Assembly (NCBI GenBank): GCA_001778495.1
Contig: MFHE01000010.1
Location: 1 to 53,291 of the forward strand
Source of the DNA: Candidatus Giovannonibacteria bacterium RIFCSPHIGHO2_01_FULL_45_24
GTDB taxonomy: Bacteria > Patescibacteriota > Minisyncoccia > UBA11713 > 2-01-FULL-45-33
DNA length: 53,291 nucleotides
Direction: 5' to 3'
Below are positions 7,451 to 16,435 of the stretch, in pieces. The stretch's first letter is position 1. Each line of letters begins with the position of its first letter. Under the pieces are notes generated by a model, which was not told the DNA's origin, ran no database searches, and was given only the letters and a program-made list of their open reading frames with translations. The position numbers and the translations under genes are program-made.

Positions 7451-8299
7451 TTAAGCACCGCGTTCGCGGAAGTAGTTGTCGCTGTATTTCCAAAAGAGCT
7501 TCTGAAGTTTTGAGGTAAGGGTATCCGGCCCGACCTCAAACGCGCGATAGATGATTTGCTTTATAGGCGTGATACCGCGAGTAGTGGAGGTAAAAAATGC
7601 CTCCCGGCAAAGTTTCAGAAGATCAATGCCAATTTCATACTCGGAGACTCTTTTGAAAAGTTCCGACCGCTGCGCCAAATCCAGAACAATTTTGCGCGTC
7701 ACACCTGCAAGCGCCCTGTTATGAGTATATGGCGTGATCAACCAATCGTCGGTAGTAATAAAAAACACGTTCTCATACGGCCCTTCCAAAATTCCGTCTA
7801 TGTGGTCGTAATAAAGAAAACTATCGTATCCCATCCCCTGTATTCTTTGTATATTTCTGTTAACCGTCCCGTAGTCGCATGCCAGTTTCAAATTCGGAAC
7901 CTTGCGTCGCTCCACTACAGTCATCAGACGCAGAGGTTTGGATTCGCTCTCTGTGAGCGGCCTGACATCCAAGGAAAGCTTGGGCGAGCCCGAGGGAGTT
8001 TTCATGTCATCCGAGTCCCCCGGCGTGACGAGTATACGAACCACCGAACGGTCATTGCCGTCTTTTTTCAAAAGGCACTCCGCTTTCGCCTTTATCTCCT
8101 GCCCGGAAGGCAGTTTCTCCCGCGGAATATATCCGTCGCAGCCCGCCATCAGGCGGCTCCAATGGTCATACCAATGGAAGAGAACCGCGCCCCGAGCGGC
8201 TAAAACTTCTATGACTCCGTCCGCCCGTTGCAGCCCCAAGTCATTCTGCCAAGAAATTTTTTCCCGCCAATCCCCTTCGCACCAGATAAGATTCTGCAT
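7451..8299 (-). CDS. Class IV (branched-chain/D-amino-acid/ADC-lyase type) aminotransferase
   Basis: Track ORF trimmed to MQNLIW (ATG at 8299), preceded by AAGGAGG 5 nt upstream. Confidence 0.78.
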   Translation of the reverse strand: MQNLIWCEGDWREKISWQNDLGLQRADGVIEVLAARGAVLFHWYDHWSRLMAGCDGYIPREKLPSGQEIKAKAECLLKKDGNDRSVVRILVTPGDSDDMKTPSGSPKLSLDVRPLTESESKPLRLMTVVERRKVPNLKLACDYGTVNRNIQRIQGMGYDSFLYYDHIDGILEGPYENVFFITTDDWLITPYTHNRALAGVTRKIVLDLAQRSELFKRVSEYEIGIDLLKLCREAFFTSTTRGITPIKQIIYRAFEVGPDTLTSKLQKLFWKYSDNYFRERGA

Positions 8300-8362
8300 C
8301 TCTGCCTCCTTTTCTCTCAAAAGAGCATAGCACAGGATATTAAATTGGGGAAGCAGGCCCGC

Positions 8363-9043
8363 CTAGACCGGCGAGGTCGGGCAGATGTCCAAAAGATGAA
8401 TTTTAGATTTGGCTTTCTCGCGGTTTTGTCGGCTTCTCATTTCTCGATTAAAATCAATTATTTTGTAAGTTAGCCCGAACCAATCTTTTTTGGAAAACCA
8501 CTTCATTAAATCCTGCTCAATTTTTTTGGGGTCGTGCTCAAACGAAAGCGCGCAGTAATTGGCGAACTGGCGCACGTGCGTGTCCACCGCGATACCCTCA
8601 ACGACGCCGTAGACGTTGCCCAAAACAATGTTCGCGGTTTTGCGCGCGACTCCGCGGAGCTTCAGCATATCGGCCATAGTGCGCGGCAATTTTCCGCCAA
8701 AATCTTTTTTGATAATTTTAGCGGAAGTGATAACGCTTTTGGCCTTGGCGCGGTAAAATCCGGTTGATTTTATTTCCTGTTCAAATGTTTTTAAATTCGC
8801 GTTCGCGAAATCATCAACGCTTCTGTATTTCCTGAAAAGTTTTTCCGTCACTTCGTTTACTTTTTTATCCGTGCATTGAGCGGACAAAATCACCGCGACC
8901 AAAAGCTGGATATTGTTTCCGTATTTGAGAGCAATATTTGCTTTGGGATACGCCTTTCTTAAGCGCCTCAAAATCTCCGCCGCCCTTTTCTGGCGCGCTT
9001 CAAAACTCTCTTTTTTGGCATCCTCCATAGTAAAACTCCGCAT
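8363..9043 (-). CDS. nth: Endonuclease III-family HhH-GPD DNA glycosylase lacking the C-terminal Cys cluster
   Basis: LRGVARKTANIVLG (Lys) and AVDTHV (Asp) are present. No C-x6-C-x2-C-x5-C. Alternative start at 9028 (MEDAKK) has a GGAG upstream. Confidence 0.82.
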   Translation of the reverse strand: MRSFTMEDAKKESFEARQKRAAEILRRLRKAYPKANIALKYGNNIQLLVAVILSAQCTDKKVNEVTEKLFRKYRSVDDFANANLKTFEQEIKSTGFYRAKAKSVITSAKIIKKDFGGKLPRTMADMLKLRGVARKTANIVLGNVYGVVEGIAVDTHVRQFANYCALSFEHDPKKIEQDLMKWFSKKDWFGLTYKIIDFNREMRSRQNREKAKSKIHLLDICPTSPV

Positions 9044-9084
9044 TAGACATATTTTAAGCTAAATTTGTTTAATTAAAATAGTGC

Positions 9085-9113
9085 TTGACAAAAATTTAAA
9101 ATTATGCTAGCTT
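9085..9113 (+). promoter_or_regulatory. Promoter: TTGACA - 17 nt (ending TGC) - TAGCTT
   Basis: TTGACA 9085-9090 and TAGCTT 9108-9113. AGGAGG SD follows at 9121-9126. Confidence 0.55.
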
Positions 9114-9131
9114 CGCATCAGGAGGTGTGAA

Positions 9132-9875
9132 ATGAAGAAAACCGCATCGGTTCTGATAGCACTTTTATTGCTGATTGGTTCTGTTGCTTCGGCTGCGGAG
9201 GCCGGAGATTTTGAGACATCTATCAATTTTACTTGGTATTCGCAGTATGTCGGGGGTGGTGGGTTTCGGCCGCACAAGCATCCCGTCCTGCAGGAAGAGG
9301 CCCTGGTTCGACACTTGCCGACCGGGTACTACGCCGGCATCTGGCTCTCGCAGAGTCCGAACGGCAGAATCGATTTTGGCGAGGAGGAAAACTACTATTT
9401 CGGTAAGGTTTTCCGCATCCATAAAGTAGAGTTTGACCTCCAAGCCAATTTTATAGAGGTCTCCAAGCTCGGCGATCTGATCGATTTCACCGTGCGAATT
9501 TCCGCGCCGGAGGTGACGCCCTTATATTGGAAAACCGAATACCTCGTTGGGACCTCCAAAAGAAGCCCGGAGGGCGGGTTTTTCCATAAACTGGGCGCCG
9601 CAAAGACATATTCCCTACCGTTCGGATTCCACGAGCAACCCGTGGTTCTTGACGCTTTCATTGGCGCCACTAATGGCGCCGTGGGAATAAACCATGGCAT
9701 AACCCATACTGCCGTAAGCGCTGCGTTCCCGATTGAGCTTGGGAAGGGCATATCCCTGACCCCGAAGTTCACTTACCAGTACACATTCGGGGGATTCAAT
9801 GATGGGAAAGCCGGACACCTCAACAACCAGCCCCATATGAAGTGGGGCGGGGTAACTCTAACATACCGTTTTTGA
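9132..9875 (+). CDS. Secreted protein with outer-membrane beta-barrel-like features
   Basis: Signal peptide MKKTASVLIALLLLIGSVASA, alternating hydrophobic pattern, C-terminal ...GVTLTYRF. Confidence 0.6.
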   Translation: MKKTASVLIALLLLIGSVASAAEAGDFETSINFTWYSQYVGGGGFRPHKHPVLQEEALVRHLPTGYYAGIWLSQSPNGRIDFGEEENYYFGKVFRIHKVEFDLQANFIEVSKLGDLIDFTVRISAPEVTPLYWKTEYLVGTSKRSPEGGFFHKLGAAKTYSLPFGFHEQPVVLDAFIGATNGAVGINHGITHTAVSAAFPIELGKGISLTPKFTYQYTFGGFNDGKAGHLNNQPHMKWGGVTLTYRF

Positions 9876-9888
9876 CCCCGGCAAGTTC

Positions 9889-9918
9889 TCGGGCTGTCCT
9901 CTGGCAGCCCGATTTTTT
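9889..9918 (+). terminator. Intrinsic terminator
   Basis: tcgggctg / cagcccga stem (9889-9912) followed by tttttt (9913-9918). Confidence 0.8.
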
Positions 9919-9930
9919 ATCTTTTAGGGT

Positions 9931-10158
9931 TTACTGCGCGAGTTCTTTTTCTATGTCCGAAAGCTCGGCGTCAAGGTTATTCAAATCAGTGGCGTTGAGG
10001 TCCGCCTCTATGGATTGGGTCGTGTCCGACGGCGGAAAAATTCCGTAATCGCCTGTTTCCACAGGAGCGTAGCTTAAGTAGTAAACCAAAAACGCGGCGA
10101 CAACCAAAACTGCTATGATTCCCGCTACCCACCAGCCCAAATGTCTATTTTCTTCCAT
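9931..10158 (-). CDS. Small membrane-anchored acidic protein (75 aa)
   Basis: Track ORF with one TM helix (WWVAGIIAVLVVAAFLVYYL). Confidence 0.6.
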   Translation of the reverse strand: MEENRHLGWWVAGIIAVLVVAAFLVYYLSYAPVETGDYGIFPPSDTTQSIEADLNATDLNNLDAELSDIEKELAQ

Positions 10159-10170
10159 ATGCTTTAAATT

Positions 10171-10788
10171 TTATCTTGAAGAAGTTGAAGTGGCCTCGTT
10201 GCCGAGCCGCAATCCTTTAATTGAATTTACCACGCCAACCAACGCCCGGTGCGCTTCTTTTATTTTTTGCGCCACGCCCTGCACTAAAGTTTTTACTTGC
10301 CTGAACGATTCTTTGGGGTTTTGGCTGTTAGTCATCTCTTTAAACTTCGCTTTCGCGTCGCTTAACGCCGTTTCAGCGGCGGAGATTTTATCCCGCGCGG
10401 ATTTCAACTGGTCTTTTATTTTGGAAACATCGTGGCCCGCCTCTTCCGATTTTTGGAGGCGCGACTCAATTCGGTCAGCCAAGCCGTTTAGGCGGTCAAT
10501 GGCGTTTTCAAACTTCCGAACCATCTGATTGAAAAATTGCTCAATCCTTTTTGCTCTTTCCTCGCCGACTCTTTTTTTCAGGGCGTTTATTCTTTGCTCT
10601 GCTTCTTTTTTGAAAGTTTCGCGCTTTGTTTTGGCCTCAAGCATCTGGGTCTGCCGCTTTTGTTGGGCTTCCTGCTTAATATTTTGGCGCTCCACGCGCA
10701 CATTTGCGTTTTCTTCCGCAAAAACCAAAATTGGCGCTATCAGCATAGCCCCGGTTATTAAAACGTGTTTTAAGTGCGGTTTAGCCAT
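10171..10788 (-). CDS. Secreted coiled-coil protein (205 aa)
   Basis: N-terminal signal/TM segment, then Lys/Glu/Gln-rich heptad-like sequence. Confidence 0.7.
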   Translation of the reverse strand: MAKPHLKHVLITGAMLIAPILVFAEENANVRVERQNIKQEAQQKRQTQMLEAKTKRETFKKEAEQRINALKKRVGEERAKRIEQFFNQMVRKFENAIDRLNGLADRIESRLQKSEEAGHDVSKIKDQLKSARDKISAAETALSDAKAKFKEMTNSQNPKESFRQVKTLVQGVAQKIKEAHRALVGVVNSIKGLRLGNEATSTSSR

Positions 10789-10806
10789 ATTTTGAGTGGT
10801 CTATTA

Positions 10807-10815
10807 ATTATAGCA
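10807..10815 (-). promoter_or_regulatory. Extended -10 (TGCTATAAT) 18 nt upstream of the 10788 start
   Basis: Plus strand attatagca at 10807-10815. Confidence 0.5.
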
Positions 10816-10855
10816 TATCTTTAAAAAATAAAAGGGGGCATCTGTGGAAAACCAC

Positions 10856-12073
10856 TTATTCATACCTCAATGCTTCTATCGGATTAAGCGAGGCGGCGCG
10901 GCGAGCGGGGTAATATCCGAAAATAATTCCGATGGCCGCCGACACCCCAAAGGCCAAAACGATTGATGAAAAAGAAACTTGCGTGACAATCCCGGCGAAT
11001 TGCGAAACGGCCAAAGCAATAAGCCACCCGAGAACGACTCCGAAAAAACCTCCCAAAAAAGTCAATGCGACCGCCTCGGCTAAAAATTGCATGTTGATAT
11101 CGCGCGACTTCGCGCCTATGGCTTTTCGGAGCCCGATTTCCCGCGTCCGCTCGGTAACCGTAGTCAGCATCATATTCATAATGCCGATACCGCCGACGAC
11201 CAAAGAAATCCCAGCGATGGAAGCCAGAAAAATAGTGAAAGTGTCCGTAACCTCCGTGAGCGCGCCCAAAATATCCGCCTGCGAAACGATTGAAAAATCC
11301 GGCGCCTCGGGGTCCACTCTGTGCTTCAGAGAAAGCCGATAGGCCGCTTCGTCCTGCGCCTGCTGCATTTCGTCTTTATTCCTGACGCTTACCGCGATGG
11401 TGGAAAGGTAATCCACACCGGCGAGAATTTTTTGCATGGTGGAAAGCGGAACGAATATAGTATCGTCGGGGTTGAAAAACCCGGCGCTGCCCTTCGTTTC
11501 TAAAACCCCAATAACGCGGAAGTTGGCTTTGTTCACGCGGATCGGCTTGCCAACGGGGTCTTCTTCCCCGAAAAGGTCTTTAGCCACCGTCGGACCAAGC
11601 GCGGCCACGCGCCCGAGGTTTCTTAACTGCGCTTCGGTTATAAACGAGCCGCTCCGGAGCGCGATGTTTCGAACAACTAGATATTCCGGAGTCGTGCCGA
11701 TGACGGTGGAGTTGGTATTGTTTCCGGAGGGCGAGGTTATCTGGAATCTTCTGTTAAACTCCGGCGCGACCTCGGCGACGCCCGGCATTTCCCGCAATAC
11801 TTCAATGTCTTCGTTTTTTAAAGTCTGCGCCGCGCCCCGGCCGGAGGAAACTATGCCGCGCCCCGGCTGGATGAAACCCGGAATTATGGTGAGCAGGTTG
11901 GAACCCAAGCCCTCAATGCTCGTTTGAATCGTCCCCTGCGCACCCTGGCCGATAGAAACCATGGCGATAACCGAACCGATTCCTATGACAATCCCAAGCA
12001 TAGTGAGCCCGGACCTCGCTTTGTTCGCGGAAAGCGCCGTGTATGTTTCCTGGAATAAATCTTTGGCGGTCAT
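10856..12073 (-). CDS. MacB/FtsX-family ABC transporter permease
   Basis: 405 aa with an N-terminal TM, a large extracytoplasmic domain and a C-terminal FtsX-type 3-TM bundle. Confidence 0.88.
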   Translation of the reverse strand: MTAKDLFQETYTALSANKARSGLTMLGIVIGIGSVIAMVSIGQGAQGTIQTSIEGLGSNLLTIIPGFIQPGRGIVSSGRGAAQTLKNEDIEVLREMPGVAEVAPEFNRRFQITSPSGNNTNSTVIGTTPEYLVVRNIALRSGSFITEAQLRNLGRVAALGPTVAKDLFGEEDPVGKPIRVNKANFRVIGVLETKGSAGFFNPDDTIFVPLSTMQKILAGVDYLSTIAVSVRNKDEMQQAQDEAAYRLSLKHRVDPEAPDFSIVSQADILGALTEVTDTFTIFLASIAGISLVVGGIGIMNMMLTTVTERTREIGLRKAIGAKSRDINMQFLAEAVALTFLGGFFGVVLGWLIALAVSQFAGIVTQVSFSSIVLAFGVSAAIGIIFGYYPARRAASLNPIEALRYE

Positions 12074-12798
12074 TGGGAAATGGCGCTGCTAACAATGCGG
12101 CGATTGCTATTTTCGCTGTCTGAAACCACCTCGCCGTCTTTAATGCTGATAATCCGCCCGGCGTGCTCGGCAACGTATGATTCGTGGGTGATAAGAATTA
12201 TCGTGCGGCCCTCTCCGGAATACAGTTTTTGAAAAGTTGCCAGAATAATTTCGCCGGTTTTAGTGTCAAGATTGCCGGTCGGCTCATCCGCCAAAATAAG
12301 CGAGGGGTTATTTACAAGCGCCCGTGCGATGGCCACTCTTTGCATCATTCCGCCGGAAAGCTGGTTGGAACGGTGCTGCCAGAAACTTTCAGGAAAAGCG
12401 GCGGCCAAAAGCGCCTCCTTGGCGCGGCTTTCCCTTTCGGCCTTTTTCACCCCGGCGTAAACAAGAGGCAGAGAAACGTTTCTTAAAACGGTCGCCCTGG
12501 GGAGCAAATTAAACGCTTGGAAAACAAAGCCAATTTTCTCCCGCCTAATATCGGCAAGTTCGTTGTCCGACAATTCCGAGATATCTTTCTGGTCCAAAAA
12601 ATATTTTCCGTCGGAAGGAGTATCCAAACAGCCAATAATATGCATCAAAGTGGATTTGCCGGAACCGGAAGGGCCGGTAATCGCGACAAACTCTCCGTCT
12701 TTTATGGAAAACGAAATATTTTTCAGCGCTTCTGTTTCCGCTCCGCCGACAAGCGGGCCGCTTTTGTAGATTTTACTGATATTTTTAAGCTCAATCAT
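12070..12798 (-). CDS. ABC transporter ATP-binding protein (MacB/LolD type)
   Basis: Walker [10 protein letters not shown], signature [15 protein letters not shown], Walker [16 protein letters not shown] overlap with the permease gene. Confidence 0.95.
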   Translation of the reverse strand: MIELKNISKIYKSGPLVGGAETEALKNISFSIKDGEFVAITGPSGSGKSTLMHIIGCLDTPSDGKYFLDQKDISELSDNELADIRREKIGFVFQAFNLLPRATVLRNVSLPLVYAGVKKAERESRAKEALLAAAFPESFWQHRSNQLSGGMMQRVAIARALVNNPSLILADEPTGNLDTKTGEIILATFQKLYSGEGRTIILITHESYVAEHAGRIISIKDGEVVSDSENSNRRIVSSAISQ

Positions 12799-12799
12799 A

Positions 12800-14485
12800 T
12801 CAGCGCTGAATACGGACGCCGCCTCCTCCCTGGCCCGGGAGGCCGGGGATACGGAAACTGGAATTTTGCCTTGCGGTTTCCGTTTCTGAAACGCCGGACG
12901 TTACTACGCGCGTCACAACGGCGTCGCTATCGTTCAGTCCGCTTATTATTTCCGTATCGCTGTCGTTTGAGAGTCCCACCTCAACATTTTGCCGCCGCGG
13001 CGCTGCTGCTCCCCAGGACATAATTTCAACATACGACGCTCCGCCCTCCTGTTTGACGGCTGAATTTGGGACAATAAGCGCGCCTGATTTAACATCGGTG
13101 ATAATCGCCGCGGACACGCTCATTGACGGCTTAATTCTTTCGTCCCCGCCCGCCGGACGGGCAGGCTCGCCGTCAAAAGCGATTTTTACCATATAGGTAA
13201 CAACGCCCTGCGAAATTTCGCCCACGGAATCAATGGACGCGACCTCGCCGGCGATGGCCAGCCCCGGAACGGCGTCAAAAGTCAGCGTCGCTTTCTGGCC
13301 GACTTTGATTTTCGCCATGTCAACCTCGTTTAAAGAAATCTCTGCAACTTTCTGGCGCGTAATCAAAGTTGCCGCAACGAGCGAAGGCGAGACAGCATCG
13401 CCTTTTTTAACATTGACCTTGGCGACAAGTCCCGCAAACGGCGCGCTGACAAAATAGTCCGAAAGTTTTTCCTTGGCGTCCAGCAAAGCGTTTTCGCGCT
13501 GCCTGACCGCGAGTTCCTGCGTTTTTACGTCCAAATCGGCGTTTGACACAGCGTCTTTGTAATTTTTTATCTGGTTTTTTATGTTAAGCAGAGCTGCTAT
13601 GTGGGTATTGGTTTTATCGGTGTAGGCGTCCAGTTGCGAGAGATGCGTGTCCGCCAAAGAATTGGGCTTTAAGTCTCTTTCAGTAAGCCGGTCTTTGTAA
13701 AATTGAATAAAGTTGTTGGCAAATTTTACGGCGTCCGATAAATTAATCGCCGCGCCGTAAGTCTCGTCTATCAGCGTCTCAATTTCCGCCCGCTTCGCTT
13801 CGCGGCCGGACACGCGGTAATCGTCAAAATTTTTGTCGTAGGCGGCTCTGGCTTTTTGGTAGCTGGCGTTGGCTGAATCCTTGTAATCCAGCGAGCGCAA
13901 ATCGTAATTTTTTACCGCGTCGGCGTAGTAGTTCATGTTACTCTGGCTGCCTGAAAAATGCATTCCGAAAAGGACTTCTTTAAGGCCGGTTATCGCGGCC
14001 GGCAAATCCAAAAAGGCGTTAGACACGGCCGTAAAGCCATCGTCATACGCTTTTTTCAGGTCATCCTCGGCGTTTTGCTTGTTCCGCGGCACAGCCGCGC
14101 CGGCGGGGCCGCGCAGTTTTTCCAAGGCGATTCTCGCGCTCTCTAAATTAACTCCGGCGTCGCGCACGGCTTTTTCGGCATCTCTTGCGTCAAGTTGTAT
14201 AATCAGCGCGCTCGCGCCAATCTCCCTCCCTTCAACCGGCGCGACGTAAACCGCATCCCCCGAAACTTTTGATTTCACATCCAACTGATTGGAAGCGGAA
14301 ACCTGCCCGGAGCCGCTGACGGAGACGGTAATCATCCCGCGCTTTACTGCCTCCGTCACATAAGCAGTTTCGCCTCCGCCGCCGGAAAAATACCGATAGC
14401 CAAAATAGCCCGCAACCATCAGTGCGAGCGCGGCGATGCCAGCCCAAAGTTTTCTCTTTGCGATTTTTTTAAAAAAATTTCGCAT
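12800..14485 (-). CDS. HlyD/MacA-type membrane-fusion (periplasmic adaptor) protein with a long helical insert
   Basis: Track ORF trimmed to MRNFFKKIAKRK (ATG at 14485). Has an N-terminal TM, coiled-coil region and C-terminal beta-barrel-like segments. Confidence 0.82.
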   Translation of the reverse strand: MRNFFKKIAKRKLWAGIAALALMVAGYFGYRYFSGGGGETAYVTEAVKRGMITVSVSGSGQVSASNQLDVKSKVSGDAVYVAPVEGREIGASALIIQLDARDAEKAVRDAGVNLESARIALEKLRGPAGAAVPRNKQNAEDDLKKAYDDGFTAVSNAFLDLPAAITGLKEVLFGMHFSGSQSNMNYYADAVKNYDLRSLDYKDSANASYQKARAAYDKNFDDYRVSGREAKRAEIETLIDETYGAAINLSDAVKFANNFIQFYKDRLTERDLKPNSLADTHLSQLDAYTDKTNTHIAALLNIKNQIKNYKDAVSNADLDVKTQELAVRQRENALLDAKEKLSDYFVSAPFAGLVAKVNVKKGDAVSPSLVAATLITRQKVAEISLNEVDMAKIKVGQKATLTFDAVPGLAIAGEVASIDSVGEISQGVVTYMVKIAFDGEPARPAGGDERIKPSMSVSAAIITDVKSGALIVPNSAVKQEGGASYVEIMSWGAAAPRRQNVEVGLSNDSDTEIISGLNDSDAVVTRVVTSGVSETETARQNSSFRIPGLPGQGGGGVRIQR

Positions 14486-14518
14486 AATGCTCCGTTCAGC
14501 ATAGCCCAAGCCGGTTTT

Positions 14519-14845
14519 TTATTCAAATCTCCGCCATTCGGTTTTCTTGCCCCGGCGCAGGTCATCAGCCATCGCAAGCTCGTCATAAATCCCGTCAATC
14601 AGCGCGTAATTTTTTGCTTCTTCTAAACTTACCCACGCAAATTCATCACATTCTGTTTCTTGAAGCTTAACCTCGCCGGATTTCCAATCCGCCATACAGG
14701 AAATCACAAGCCTGCCGCCCGGAACCGTCCATAAGTTCGGCCAGCGCTTTTTATTCGGAGAGCGTTTGGTAATCAGATATTTCCCGTTTTTCACGATGAT
14801 CGCGGTGATTGCAACTTCATGAAGATATTGGTTTTGTGAGTCCAT
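14519..14845 (-). CDS. NUDIX-fold remnant lacking the Nudix box
   Basis: 108 aa. N-terminal ...KRSPNKKRWPNLWTVPGGRL joins directly to C-terminal-type sequence (SGEVKLQETECDEFAWVSLEEA). No GX5EX7REUXEEXGU motif. Confidence 0.55.
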   Translation of the reverse strand: MDSQNQYLHEVAITAIIVKNGKYLITKRSPNKKRWPNLWTVPGGRLVISCMADWKSGEVKLQETECDEFAWVSLEEAKNYALIDGIYDELAMADDLRRGKKTEWRRFE

Positions 14846-14848
14846 ATA

Positions 14849-14877
14849 TTGACATTATATCAAATAATTGCTAGCAT
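14849..14877 (+). promoter_or_regulatory. Promoter: TTGACA - 17 nt (ending TGC) - TAGCAT
   Basis: TTGACA 14849-14854 and TAGCAT 14872-14877. Overlaps a divergent minus-strand TATAAT (14854-14859). Confidence 0.55.
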
Positions 14878-14911
14878 CAGAATAGTCTAGTTTTTGAGGA
14901 GGGAACAAAAA

Positions 14912-15097
14912 ATGGCAGGATGTGACGTAGATCCGTACGGCATTGTTGGCGCGCAGCGAAAAAGTGAACATTGCTCGGACGGGACTGAAACCGCTATAGG
15001 GCACAATCTCCCAAAATCAATAAAATGGGAATGCAGTTGCGGCAAGATTATAGAAGAAGAAATTAATAAGCCCCCAGATTTACCACCGGCCGCCTAG
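14912..15097 (+). CDS. Small Cys-containing protein (61 aa)
   Basis: Track ORF trimmed to the ATG at 14912, 8 nt after GAGGAGGG (14896-14903). Confidence 0.55.
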   Translation: MAGCDVDPYGIVGAQRKSEHCSDGTETAIGHNLPKSIKWECSCGKIIEEEINKPPDLPPAA

Positions 15098-15120
15098 ACC
15101 AACCTAGAGCGGTTTTTTTA

Positions 15121-15138
15121 TTTCCCATGACACTTTTT
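15121..15138 (-). repeat. Conserved 3'-flank motif, copy 1 (minus sense AAAAGUGUCAUGGGAAA)
   Basis: Plus strand tttcccatgacacttttt, overlapping the stop codon of 15137..15472. Confidence 0.6.
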
Positions 15139-15472
15139 ATATTTTCATTCGGGAGGCGGAGGCGAATTGTAGGAAGTATTTTTCCAAATCCTCAAGCGAA
15201 CTTTTGTATTCCCGACCGCCCGAGATCGCGTCGCAAAAAACTTCTCTAGCCCGGGCAATTTCTATAAGCCGGCCGCGCCAGCGTTTATCCTCCAGCGTTA
15301 AATCAAAAAGCTCAAGCGCCCGTTCCACTGCACCATCATACAATTTTTTATCTTTTGCCTGCCAATTGTCCGCCCGCGACACCTCGCTGCCGATATTTCC
15401 CAGCTGCTCCGCGAGCGAAAACCGCGACCATCCGCCGCTCGCGAGTTCTTTATGATAAATAAAATTTCTCAT
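15137..15472 (-). CDS. Hypothetical all-helical protein (111 aa)
   Basis: Track ORF with ATGA overlap to the upstream gene. Weak resemblance to MazG-like 4-helix proteins without the acidic motifs. Confidence 0.6.
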   Translation of the reverse strand: MRNFIYHKELASGGWSRFSLAEQLGNIGSEVSRADNWQAKDKKLYDGAVERALELFDLTLEDKRWRGRLIEIARAREVFCDAISGGREYKSSLEDLEKYFLQFASASRMKI

Positions 15473-15819
15473 GGCTTAATCAATTTATGCACAATCGTCG
15501 TGATTTGCTCCCGAACGGCCAGATTCTCAACTTCCCGGGAGCGGTTCCCGAAAGCCGGCTTTATATTAACCATGGAGTTAAACTCAATAAACTCATCGCC
15601 GGATTTTTCCGTGTATAAGTTTATTCCCCAAGTGTTTTCGCGCTCCGAACCCTCATGCTCTACGAGCGATACTTCTTCGTCCGCGTGCAGCTCTCCGCCG
15701 ACTGCCATGACTCCAAACCGAATATCAACCACTGCTTTCACAACATTTCCGAACCCCGCTTTGGCAATTTCTCTAAGCTCGTCCTTGTTTATTGGTTCTT
15801 TAACTATCTTTATATCCAT
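15469..15819 (-). CDS. Hypothetical protein, DUF5674-like (116 aa)
   Basis: Track ORF; family assignment from memory only. Confidence 0.6.
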   Translation of the reverse strand: MDIKIVKEPINKDELREIAKAGFGNVVKAVVDIRFGVMAVGGELHADEEVSLVEHEGSERENTWGINLYTEKSGDEFIEFNSMVNIKPAFGNRSREVENLAVREQITTIVHKLIKP

Positions 15820-15843
15820 AATTTTAAATTATAACAAAATTCA

Positions 15844-15860
15844 CTTCCCATGGCATTTTT
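15844..15860 (-). repeat. Conserved 3'-flank motif, copy 2
   Basis: Plus strand cttcccatggcattttt, 7 nt after the stop of 15867..16421. Confidence 0.6.
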
Positions 15861-15866
15861 TATACT

Positions 15867-16421
15867 TTATTCACTAGCCCACGGGGCTATTTTCAATTTC
15901 GGCCATTTTTCCAGCCACTTCTTATACTTCACCCTTTCCTTCACCTTACTAATATCAGCAAATTTCGGACTGGGGCGGATAATTAAATTAACCAAATCAC
16001 TAATGCCATAAGGGGCAACCAACTTTAACTTTCCATTCTTTAATCTAACCCCGATAGCTGTAACTGTTTCCGGCCACTGGGATAGTGCGTCCTCGGTAGA
16101 TTTGTATGGGGGTAAATTATTCCATTTATGCGCATAGGCCTCATTCACTACTTCCCATTCAATCCCAGTTTCTTTCTTTAGCCTTTCTGACAATTCCTCA
16201 TCTGCTTTTTGATCGTTACCATTTGGGTCGTAATAAACTAAATCTATATCGGCCGTATCAACTTTCGGTTTATTATATCCGTGCAAATGATCCCAAACCT
16301 TATTCCTTACAAATCCCGCACCCACGATCCAATCCGGCAAATCAAGCTTTTTGGCAATATACAGAATTTTCATCATCCATTTATCCTTGCTTATTAGGTT
16401 AAGAATGTCTTGCTCGGTCAT
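15867..16421 (-). CDS. Nucleotidyltransferase-family protein (NTP_transf_6/DUF925-like)
   Basis: 184 aa. GAGFVRNKVWD...DIDLVYYD resembles the minimal NTase G-x-G/DxD pattern. Confidence 0.7.
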   Translation of the reverse strand: MTEQDILNLISKDKWMMKILYIAKKLDLPDWIVGAGFVRNKVWDHLHGYNKPKVDTADIDLVYYDPNGNDQKADEELSERLKKETGIEWEVVNEAYAHKWNNLPPYKSTEDALSQWPETVTAIGVRLKNGKLKLVAPYGISDLVNLIIRPSPKFADISKVKERVKYKKWLEKWPKLKIAPWASE

Positions 16422-16435
16422 ATAATTTTGCCTTC

